From Verrucomicrobia bacterium UBA3869 (GTDB lineage: Bacteria; Verrucomicrobiota; Verrucomicrobiia; Opitutales; UBA9783), in contig DGGR01000035.1 of assembly GCA_002392285.1 (NCBI GenBank), forward strand, positions 1 through 5,818: a DNA stretch of 5,818 bases, read 5' to 3'. Position 1 is the stretch's first letter, and each line of letters opens with the position of its first letter. A model generated the notes under the pieces. That model did no database searches. It was not told the origin of the DNA and saw nothing but the letters and a program-made list of their open reading frames with translations. Below, piece by piece: positions 1-5,818 of this stretch. The translations under genes and the position numbers were made by a program.

Positions 1-381
1 GGAGCGCAGATCAATGCTTATTGGGAACAGTATATCTTAGATTGGTTATCCGTTGGTATTGGTGGTGGGCTTGGTGGCGCTTATGTTTGTACCCGATTTA
101 CCACACTAGAATGGTTTAGAAGAAAGACAAACCCAGGAGGAAACGTCTGGTTCAATGCAACTCTCCCTGTCCAACGTCATAAGTACGTCCATTCCGGTTC
201 GTTGCTCTATAACTTTACCCTGTTTGTACGTGCCGAGCAGTTTGAAACGCTGTTCGAAGTCGGTTACCGCCATATCGGCTTGCATCAGATGTTCGGTGCT
301 AAGTTGTACGGCTATACCATCCCAAAATTGGCTAACCTCCATTCCGACCAGGTGTATATCGGTGTAGGTAGAACCTTCTAG
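1..381 (+). CDS. 3' fragment (126 codons, 5'-truncated by the window edge) of a putative outer-membrane beta-barrel protein
   Basis: Frame +1 is open from base 1 to TAG at 379-381. Translation: GAQINAYWEQYILDWLSVGIGGGLGGAYVCTRFTTLEWFRRKTNPGGNVWFNATLPVQRHKYVHSGSLLYNFTLFVRAEQFETLFEVGYRHIGLHQMFGAKLYGYTIPKLANLHSDQVYIGVGRTF*. It shows repeated alternating hydrophobic/polar stretches typical of amphipathic beta-strands (NVWFNATL, LLYNFTLFV, TLFEVGYRH, QVYIGVGRTF). It ends in a terminal Phe, as in the C-terminal signature of BAM-dependent OMPs. A + oriented intrinsic terminator lies 33 nt downstream. The exact family is not recognisable by eye. Confidence 0.55.
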   Translation, partial: GAQINAYWEQYILDWLSVGIGGGLGGAYVCTRFTTLEWFRRKTNPGGNVWFNATLPVQRHKYVHSGSLLYNFTLFVRAEQFETLFEVGYRHIGLHQMFGAKLYGYTIPKLANLHSDQVYIGVGRTF

Positions 382-413
382 GGGCTTATGGGGGCATGTT
401 CCCTTATCGTTCA

Positions 414-447
414 AGCCGGATAAAAGCTGTGTCCGGCTTTTTTATTT
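414..447 (+). terminator. Rho-independent terminator of the upstream (1-381) gene
   Basis: A 7-bp perfect stem, AGCCGGA (414-420) / TCCGGCT (432-438), encloses an 11-nt loop. It is followed directly by TTTTTTATTT. The T-run follows the stem only on the + strand; on the - strand the stem is preceded by an A-run, so the orientation is +. Confidence 0.75.
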
Positions 448-476
448 GAAATTTTGTTCCTTTTATTCTCTAATTA
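446..476 (+). promoter_or_regulatory. Candidate sigma70-type promoter for the transporter/tilS/ftsH string (weak)
   Basis: TTGAAA (446-451), a 19-nt spacer, then TAATTA (471-476). It sits in the only non-coding AT-rich stretch between the terminator and the GTG start at 483. The spacer is longer than optimal and both hexamers are imperfect, and the region is AT-rich enough for chance matches. Confidence 0.2.
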
Positions 477-482
477 AACGCG

Positions 483-1697
483 GTGAAGCCATCTCGATTT
501 TTATTCTATCTGTTGCTGGTGATTTGTGCGCTCAATACCACGCACAATGCGGTTTATAATCAGTGCATTTTATTCATCAATCAAGAGCTGTTGGGGTCAG
601 ATTTTCAGATCAAATTAACGCTTTCGCTGTATTTCTGTGCTATTTTCTTTGTACGCTGCGTTGTTGGATTGGTGGCCGACAACTGCAGTGGGCGTCAATG
701 CATCTTAATCACGCTTTGGGTAGCATTTTTGGGGCATTTAATGGCCTGTTTTGCGAACGGTATGCCGATGTTAATTGGCGCGCGTTTTATCCAAGGCTTG
801 GGGTTAGGGGGAGGACAGGTCATGGGATTGGTCTTGCTCATGCAGCTATTTTCCACCCGAGGGCGCGCATCGATTGTTGCTTCTGAACAGGTGATATTTT
901 CTATTGCCTCGGTGGTTTTGCCGACCCTTGGGCATATAGTATCCCTCAAAATGTCTTGGCGCTTAATTTATATCCTTTATTTAGCGCTTACCTGCTGCGC
1001 GATTTTCTATTTTTACATTTTTCAGCATCGAGAAACACATATTGCTTTGCCGGTTGCTCCGGTTCATGAAGCAGAAGAGGCGGACCAAAAACGTGGGGTG
1101 CTCAAAAGCTGCTTTTTGATCCCAACCGTAATGGCGTGCTTTTCCATCTCAGGGTTTTGCTTGTGGGGAAGCTATTGCAGTTTGTTGGTGCGCCATTACC
1201 AAATCGACCCCCATTATCTCCTATGGTATCAGTTGATTCCGATTATCCCTTACTGCTTAGGGTCAATGCTCCTGAAACGCTTTACGGCGCATGCTTCATC
1301 CAGTGCTGTTTACAAACGTATTTTCTTCCTTCAGGGCAGTGCCTTAGTCGCCATCCTGAGCTTGTTCTTTTGGAACAAAGACCATGGTGGGTTTAAATTC
1401 GCACTGTTGTTGCCGATTATCCTGCATAATATTGCCGGTGCGTTCTTGAGACCGTTAATGCAGGCAAAAGCGTTGGATACGGTACCGGTTCACAAAATCG
1501 GCAGCGCCAGTTCGTTCATTTCCATCTGCCAAGTGGGTATCAATGCCATCTTTTCCATCTTTATCAACTGCATACCGGAGTTTTTGCCGGCCTTTATTAC
1601 GGTTCAATTAATCATCAACCTTTCCATTTTGCTGTATCTTAGCTATCAAGGGCTAACGTACAAAAAGCACACTTTACAAAGCGGAAGCGCTGTGTAA
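483..1697 (+). CDS. Major facilitator superfamily transporter, DHA1 / Bcr-CflA-like (12-TM, 404 aa)
   Basis: This is a 404-aa, highly hydrophobic ORF with about 12 predicted TM segments and a central hydrophilic loop (HRETHIALPVAPVHEAEEADQKRGV). The N-terminal half aligns by eye to the Bcr/DHA1 layout: TM1 FLFYLLLVICAL, then LTLSLYFCAIFF, then GLVADNCSGRQCIL (motif-A position, loop 2-3), then LIGARFIQGLGLGGGQV (TM4). GTG at 483 is the first possible start after the in-frame TAA at 471-473 and the only one upstream of TM1. Confidence 0.8.
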   Translation: MKPSRFLFYLLLVICALNTTHNAVYNQCILFINQELLGSDFQIKLTLSLYFCAIFFVRCVVGLVADNCSGRQCILITLWVAFLGHLMACFANGMPMLIGARFIQGLGLGGGQVMGLVLLMQLFSTRGRASIVASEQVIFSIASVVLPTLGHIVSLKMSWRLIYILYLALTCCAIFYFYIFQHRETHIALPVAPVHEAEEADQKRGVLKSCFLIPTVMACFSISGFCLWGSYCSLLVRHYQIDPHYLLWYQLIPIIPYCLGSMLLKRFTAHASSSAVYKRIFFLQGSALVAILSLFFWNKDHGGFKFALLLPIILHNIAGAFLRPLMQAKALDTVPVHKIGSASSFISICQVGINAIFSIFINCIPEFLPAFITVQLIINLSILLYLSYQGLTYKKHTLQSGSAV

Positions 1698-1710
1698 GAA
1701 TTATTCTTTA

Positions 1711-3546
1711 GTGCGTCATCTATTGAGGTTAGCCTTTCGGATAATGAAAAGGGCACGCTTGCGTTTTGTGCCTTTATGGGATGACTGTGCCCATTACCGT
1801 ATGCGTTATTTAGGGGCGGATTTAATGGCTGGCCTGAATGTTACCCTGATTGCCTTTCCTCAGGCCATTATTTATGCGCTTATGGCAGGATTACCCATTG
1901 AATACGGTTTGTATGGCATGGTATTGGCGTCGATTGCAGGCGCTTTGTTTTCAGGCTCCAACGTATTAAGCATAGGGCCAACCAATGCAAGCGCGATTGT
2001 TATTTTAAGTGCCTTCAGTGCGGCCGGTATTCCCAGTGACCAATTTGGCTACTATTTGCCCATTATTTTGGTCTTAACGGGAGTGTTTTTAATCATCAGC
2101 GCATTCCTTAACATTGCTTCGTTGATGCAGTACGTGTCTCAAAGCGTTATTTGTGGATATATATGCGCCCTTACCCTCATGATGATCGTGTTTCAAATCC
2201 ATAACGCGTTAGGGTTCGATTTGATCGGCGTCAATCCCAATAAAGCAACGTTTTTTGAGATAACCGGTGCGACCTTGATGAACCTTAGCCATGCCTCGTT
2301 AAGTGCCACCGGTATTTGTTGCTTAACGTTTTTCTTTTTCTTCCTGTGGAAACGGATTGCGCCTAATAAATTTACGGTTGCGCTTACCTTGCTATCCTTG
2401 GGGTTGGTTAACTTTTGCTTGGTGCGTTTTTGTGGCTTACCTTTGGCACCGAACGACCTGCATGTGCATGCCTGGAGCCCTTCGGTTCAAGGGTTCAACA
2501 TGGAAAATTTGCATACCATGGTTGGGGTTGCGTTAACCTTAAGCTTTGTCAGCCTGATCGATGGCAACACCATTCTAAAAACCCTTTCTTCCTGTAGGGG
2601 AAAGCGCTCTCAGGTGAATCAAATGGCCTGGGGTATGGGATGGGCTAATATCTTTTGCGGCCTAGGTTCCGGAATGCCCGCTGCTTGCTCCAACATACGT
2701 TCTGCCTCCAATTATCTCAGTGGGGCAAAAACAGCATTAACCAGCCTGTTTTGCGCCTTGTTTTTCCTATTGAGCATCGCTTTGTTCGCCCCATGTTTCA
2801 GCTATATCCCGAAATGCGGATTGTCGATGGTAATTGTTTTGCTGGGATTGGAGCTGTTGGATAAGCACAAACTGCAGGTGATTTTTAAAACAAGTCTGTC
2901 GGATACCTGCGTTTTTTGCGTTACCTGCTTATCGGCTTTTGTGGTACCGCTGAACGTTGCCATTTTTATCGGCGTTTTGATTTCCATCGCATTGTTTTTA
3001 AGAAAAGCAGCGGTTCCTGCGTTCCGAGAATATGTTTATGAAGGCGGAACATTAATGCCTTCGTCCAGTGATACCGATACAACGCAATCAGAAGTGTCGA
3101 TTATTCACATCAATGGGCATTTGTTCTTTGGCTCATCTGACTTGTTTAATGATCAAATCCGAGAAATCTGCAAACGGCCACAGTTGAAAGCTATTATTTT
3201 AAAATTTCGCCGTGTGTTGTACATCGACGCAACCTGTTTGTTGGCTCTAGAAAGCTTAGCGCGCTTTATGCACTTGCACAATCGACAATTGATTTTGACC
3301 GAAGTAAGCACGCGGGTATTGAAGATTATTCAACGGTCAGGATTGTCCAAAGACCTACCCTATGTGTTTTTGGATGACGACCGTCGAAGCGATCAACCGA
3401 CTCTGGATGCCCTTATGTGCGCGCAATCGTTCATTGGGGATAGCACGATGGTGGTGCGTATTATGACCAATGTATCGGATCATGAGCCTTTAAAACAATC
3501 CATTCAATCGTTAAAACCGTTAAAAGAGCCAAACGTTACCTCATGA
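1711..3546 (+). CDS. SulP-family (SLC26-like) anion transporter with C-terminal STAS domain
   Basis: This is a 611-aa ORF. The N-terminus, YLGADLMAGLNVTLIAFPQAIIYALMAGLPIEYGLYGMVLASIAGALFSGSNVLSIGPTNA, is the hallmark SulP TM1-TM2 region. A polytopic membrane domain follows, up to about aa 430. A cytoplasmic STAS-like domain covers about aa 461-575 (nt about 3091-3435): VSIIHINGHLFFGSSDLFNDQI...LKAIILKFRRVLYIDATCLLALESLARFMHLHNRQLILTEVSTRVLKIIQRSGL. The start is ambiguous: GTG at 1711 (13 nt after the MFS stop) or ATG at 1744. Both lie upstream of the conserved region. Confidence 0.9.
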   Translation: MRHLLRLAFRIMKRARLRFVPLWDDCAHYRMRYLGADLMAGLNVTLIAFPQAIIYALMAGLPIEYGLYGMVLASIAGALFSGSNVLSIGPTNASAIVILSAFSAAGIPSDQFGYYLPIILVLTGVFLIISAFLNIASLMQYVSQSVICGYICALTLMMIVFQIHNALGFDLIGVNPNKATFFEITGATLMNLSHASLSATGICCLTFFFFFLWKRIAPNKFTVALTLLSLGLVNFCLVRFCGLPLAPNDLHVHAWSPSVQGFNMENLHTMVGVALTLSFVSLIDGNTILKTLSSCRGKRSQVNQMAWGMGWANIFCGLGSGMPAACSNIRSASNYLSGAKTALTSLFCALFFLLSIALFAPCFSYIPKCGLSMVIVLLGLELLDKHKLQVIFKTSLSDTCVFCVTCLSAFVVPLNVAIFIGVLISIALFLRKAAVPAFREYVYEGGTLMPSSSDTDTTQSEVSIIHINGHLFFGSSDLFNDQIREICKRPQLKAIILKFRRVLYIDATCLLALESLARFMHLHNRQLILTEVSTRVLKIIQRSGLSKDLPYVFLDDDRRSDQPTLDALMCAQSFIGDSTMVVRIMTNVSDHEPLKQSIQSLKPLKEPNVTS

Positions 3547-4970
3547 GCCTACCCTCCTCAGGCTTAGCGCAGTATTTATCTCCAGAACGCATTCCCCTAG
3601 CCGTTCGCCAGTATATAGCTGCTCATGAGGGGCCTTTGTGCGTTGCTTGTTCGGGAGGAGCAGATTCGCGAGCCACATTGGTGCTTGTTCGCTTGTTATG
3701 GCCCGACCGCCCCTGCATCCTTTTACACTTCAATCACCGCATCCGTCCTGAATCTGAGTCCGAAGAGCAAGACTTAACCGCTTGGGCACGTCAATGGGGT
3801 ATCCCTATGGCCGTTGGCTATCGCAAGGAGCATGAAAGCATAACTGAAGCGGATTTACGCGCCGCACGCTTTTCGTTTTTTGAGGCGCAATTGCAGGCTT
3901 ATGGGAGCCAAATCCTGCTGCTGGGGCATCACCAAGATGATGCATTGGAAACCGTATGGATGCGTTTGATGCGCGGTGTGAGCTTGGAGGGATTAGTCGC
4001 TCCGCGGGCTGTTCATTGCGTCGCCTTCCGAAATCCCAGAGGTTCATGGACGCATTACGCTCAACTACGGCCGTTATTGGGTTTTTCTAAGGTTGAAATC
4101 AAGCGCGCCTGTCAGGCATGCGAGCTTCCGTTTTTTGAGGATAAAACCAATGCGCAAGATGGGTGTTTACGTAATCGCATTCGCCACCAATTGATGTCCC
4201 AAATGGATGCCGTGTTTAGTCCATCAGATTGGCGTAAAGGTTTTACGCGTTCATGCCAGATTTTGTCGGAAGAGCGGGATTATTTAGCCGACCACTTGCA
4301 GGGTAAGTTTTTAACGTACGATTTTTCACACACTACCTTTGATCGCGCTTCTATTCAAGCATTACCCTTGGTCGAAGTGCGCTATTTCTTACAAACTTGG
4401 TTCAGTTATCACGCAATCTCACCTATCTGCTTCCAACAATCCGATTGGTTATTTCAAGCCCTGCAGACCTGCGAACAAAGTACGTTGATGATCAATGCAC
4501 GCTATCGATTGATTCTGTCCCCAAAACAGCTTTGTTTAGCCCCAAAACCAATTGATTTTGCTCCCTTCCAATGCCGTTTTCATCAGGGTGTTATTTTTTT
4601 ACCTAACGGTGCTCAATGTGTATGTCAAATACAACCCTGTACCCCGGACCTTTATGCATCCGTAGGGGATAAACGGGGGTCCAACCAACACGGGGTGCTT
4701 TTAGATGCGTCGTGTTTTATGGGCCCTTATCAGGTGCGTAACCGTCTGCCAGGAGATCGTTATCAACCCTTGGGAGTACGCCGAGAGAAAAAAGTGAAGG
4801 AACTGCTGAGTAAGCGAAAAATGAGCAACAAATCGTCTTTGCCTGTTTTTTGCGATTGTAATGGAAGGATTGCTTGGGTCCCAGGATTACCACCGGCGGA
4901 CTGCTTTAAACTCAGCGATAAAACAAAATATTGTGTTTTTTTAATTTATGAAAAAGATAATTTCATATAG
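3543..4970 (+). CDS. tilS: tRNA(Ile)-lysidine synthetase
   Basis: This is a 475-aa ORF. The PP-loop motif SGGADS lies at aa 37-42 (nt 3651-3668) in the context LCVACSGGADSRATLVL. Other TilS N-domain motifs are present: GHHQDDALETVWMRLMRG, LRPLLGFSKVEI and FEDKTNAQDGCLRNRIRHQL. The TilS C-terminal domain pattern is also there: RNRLPGDRYQPLGVRREKKVKELLSKRKMSNKSSLPVFCDCNGRIAWVPGL. The ATG at 3543 overlaps the SulP TGA (ATGA, 3543-3546). Confidence 0.92.
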   Translation: MSLPSSGLAQYLSPERIPLAVRQYIAAHEGPLCVACSGGADSRATLVLVRLLWPDRPCILLHFNHRIRPESESEEQDLTAWARQWGIPMAVGYRKEHESITEADLRAARFSFFEAQLQAYGSQILLLGHHQDDALETVWMRLMRGVSLEGLVAPRAVHCVAFRNPRGSWTHYAQLRPLLGFSKVEIKRACQACELPFFEDKTNAQDGCLRNRIRHQLMSQMDAVFSPSDWRKGFTRSCQILSEERDYLADHLQGKFLTYDFSHTTFDRASIQALPLVEVRYFLQTWFSYHAISPICFQQSDWLFQALQTCEQSTLMINARYRLILSPKQLCLAPKPIDFAPFQCRFHQGVIFLPNGAQCVCQIQPCTPDLYASVGDKRGSNQHGVLLDASCFMGPYQVRNRLPGDRYQPLGVRREKKVKELLSKRKMSNKSSLPVFCDCNGRIAWVPGLPPADCFKLSDKTKYCVFLIYEKDNFI

Positions 4971-4979
4971 AATACTACT

Positions 4980-5818
4980 GTGAAGCAAAAAAAGCAGCAT
5001 TCAAAAGGCCCTTTAGCTCATAATAGCCTTCAAGGGAAAAGTTTTCTTCTTTGGTTTTTTCTCCTATTCCTTTTATTAGGGCTTAATACGATAGCTATTA
5101 AGCCGGATGGCTGTTTGCACATTTCGATCAACCAACTGTTTGATTTGGCAAAGGCTCATTTGGTTGAATCAATAGAGATTCAGGCGGTAGAAGCAGGTGG
5201 GCCGCAATGGTATTGCGTGCGTGGGTCTTTGAAAAAAGATAGCGCTGCATTATCGACCTTGATCAACAACAACCCTAATTGGAATCAACATTCGTTTTTG
5301 AAGAAAAAAACAGCAAGCGTTATTCCGGATAAATTTGAAGCGGTTGGGCGTTTAACCGAAGCGCGTTTTACACAATTGACCGACGGTACTTTTGCATTTC
5401 CGGTGCATGAGAAGCCATCCGGTTCGTTTTGGAGCTCTTTGTTGAGCAGCACCGTTCCGTTTATCATTGTCCTCTTATTTGTATATTTTATGTTCATGCG
5501 CCAAATCCGTATTGCCGGAAGAGGAGCGATGAACTTTGGTCGTAGCCGCGCGCGCTTATTACAAGAAGATAAGAAGCGGGTAACCTTTAAGGATGTGGCA
5601 GGGTGCGATGAGGCTAAGGAAGAGGTTCAGGAGATCATCGATTTCTTGAAAAATCCAAAGCGTTTTGAGGAAATCGGAGGACGTATTCCTAAAGGTTGTT
5701 TGATGGTAGGAAATCCGGGAACTGGTAAAACCTTATTGGCAAAAGCGATTGCTGGGGAAGCCAATGTGCCATTTTTCAGCATCAGCGGTTCTGATTTCGT
5801 GGAAATGTTTGTGGGCGT
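4980..5818 (+). CDS. ftsH: ATP-dependent zinc metalloprotease FtsH, N-terminal 279 codons (3'-truncated by the window edge)
   Basis: The frame is open from GTG at 4980 to the window end. The translation ends [96 protein letters not shown], the canonical FtsH AAA+ entry region. Walker A GNPGTGKT lies at 5709-5732. Two TM helices are present: [20 protein letters not shown] (aa 21-40) and [24 protein letters not shown] (about aa 150-173). GTG at 4980 is the only ATG/GTG/TTG between the upstream in-frame stop (4968-4970) and TM1. The gene call is very secure; the exact start is inferred. Confidence 0.93.
   Translation, partial: MKQKKQHSKGPLAHNSLQGKSFLLWFFLLFLLLGLNTIAIKPDGCLHISINQLFDLAKAHLVESIEIQAVEAGGPQWYCVRGSLKKDSAALSTLINNNPNWNQHSFLKKKTASVIPDKFEAVGRLTEARFTQLTDGTFAFPVHEKPSGSFWSSLLSSTVPFIIVLLFVYFMFMRQIRIAGRGAMNFGRSRARLLQEDKKRVTFKDVAGCDEAKEEVQEIIDFLKNPKRFEEIGGRIPKGCLMVGNPGTGKTLLAKAIAGEANVPFFSISGSDFVEMFVG

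Noticed and set aside
155-367. 70-aa + strand ORF (frame 2) from the track
   Set aside because: It lies entirely inside the longer frame-1 ORF. The Ser/Cys/Ile-rich low-complexity translation is typical of an off-frame read.
390-403. Small GGGGG-CATG-TTCCC hairpin just after the OMP-gene stop codon
   Set aside because: The stem is 5 bp with two G-U pairs and has no T-run. It is too weak to call as a separate element, and the 414-447 hairpin fully accounts for termination.
106-414. 102-aa minus-strand ORF from the track
   Set aside because: It is an exact antisense-register shadow of the longer + frame-1 ORF (1-381). It would start with TTG inside the stem of a + oriented terminator. It has no recognisable motifs, and every other gene in the window is on the + strand.
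388-423. 11-codon mini-ORF (MGACSLIVQAG) in the intergenic region
   Set aside because: It has no RBS, overlaps the terminator stem, and is of a length expected by chance.
563-1396. Track ORFs 563-886 (+), 695-949 (-) and 1136-1396 (+) inside the MFS gene
   Set aside because: They are alternative-frame or antisense ORFs fully nested in a 404-aa ORF with clear MFS architecture. They are Arg/Pro/Cys-rich translations with no motifs.
2415-2987. Track ORFs 2415-2597 (+), 2655-2864 (+) and 2802-2987 (-) inside the SulP gene
   Set aside because: They are nested in the membrane domain of a well-supported SulP ORF. They are short and have no independent start or RBS signals or motifs.
3805-4047. 80-aa minus-strand ORF inside tilS
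   Set aside because: It is antisense to the conserved HHQDD/ETVWMRLMRG region of tilS. The Arg/Pro-rich translation is characteristic of shadow ORFs.
4936-5310. Homopolymer tracts (T7 at 4936-4942, A7 at 4987-4993, A7 at 5304-5310) as possible phase-variation switches
   Set aside because: They are only 7 nt long and sit in essential housekeeping genes. They encode ordinary Phe or Lys runs in an AT-leaning genome, and there are no longer or repeated tracts.
5285-5497. 70-aa minus-strand ORF inside ftsH
   Set aside because: It is antisense to the ftsH periplasmic loop and TM2 coding region. ftsH identity in the + frame is unambiguous.
1-5818. Defence system, mobile element, CRISPR array, toxin-antitoxin pair or RNA gene hidden in the window
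   Set aside because: About 97% of the window is accounted for by five recognisable genes. I saw no direct or inverted repeat pairs, integrase/transposase/nuclease motifs, tRNA-like cloverleaf segments or abrupt compositional shifts on either strand.

Overview
The window is almost entirely coding, and all five real genes lie on the + strand. (1) 1-381 is the 3' end of a gene for a putative outer-membrane beta-barrel protein. It is missing from the ORF track because it runs off the left edge. A + oriented intrinsic terminator follows at 414-447. (2) A tightly packed co-directional string comes next: an MFS (DHA1/Bcr-like) transporter at 483-1697, a SulP-family anion transporter with a C-terminal STAS domain at 1711-3546, tilS (tRNA-Ile lysidine synthetase) at 3543-4970, and the 5' 279 codons of ftsH at 4980-5818. 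ftsH is also missing from the track because it runs off the right edge. All other track ORFs are alternative-frame or antisense shadows inside these genes. I found no RNA genes, CRISPR, transposase or integrase, terminal inverted repeats, defence-type genes or compositional island. My reading is an ordinary core-genome transport and housekeeping region, not a novel system. The tilS-ftsH linkage is a widely conserved arrangement. The points worth a second look are modest. Cysteine content is uniformly high (3-4%) in the three complete proteins. At least two and possibly three of the four starts are GTG, and none has a usable Shine-Dalgarno. tilS and ftsH share a reading frame, separated by one TAG and three codons. 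Both transporters have degenerate family signature motifs. Only about 35 nt is available for a promoter. Product calls rest on motifs I recognise by eye; no database search was run.
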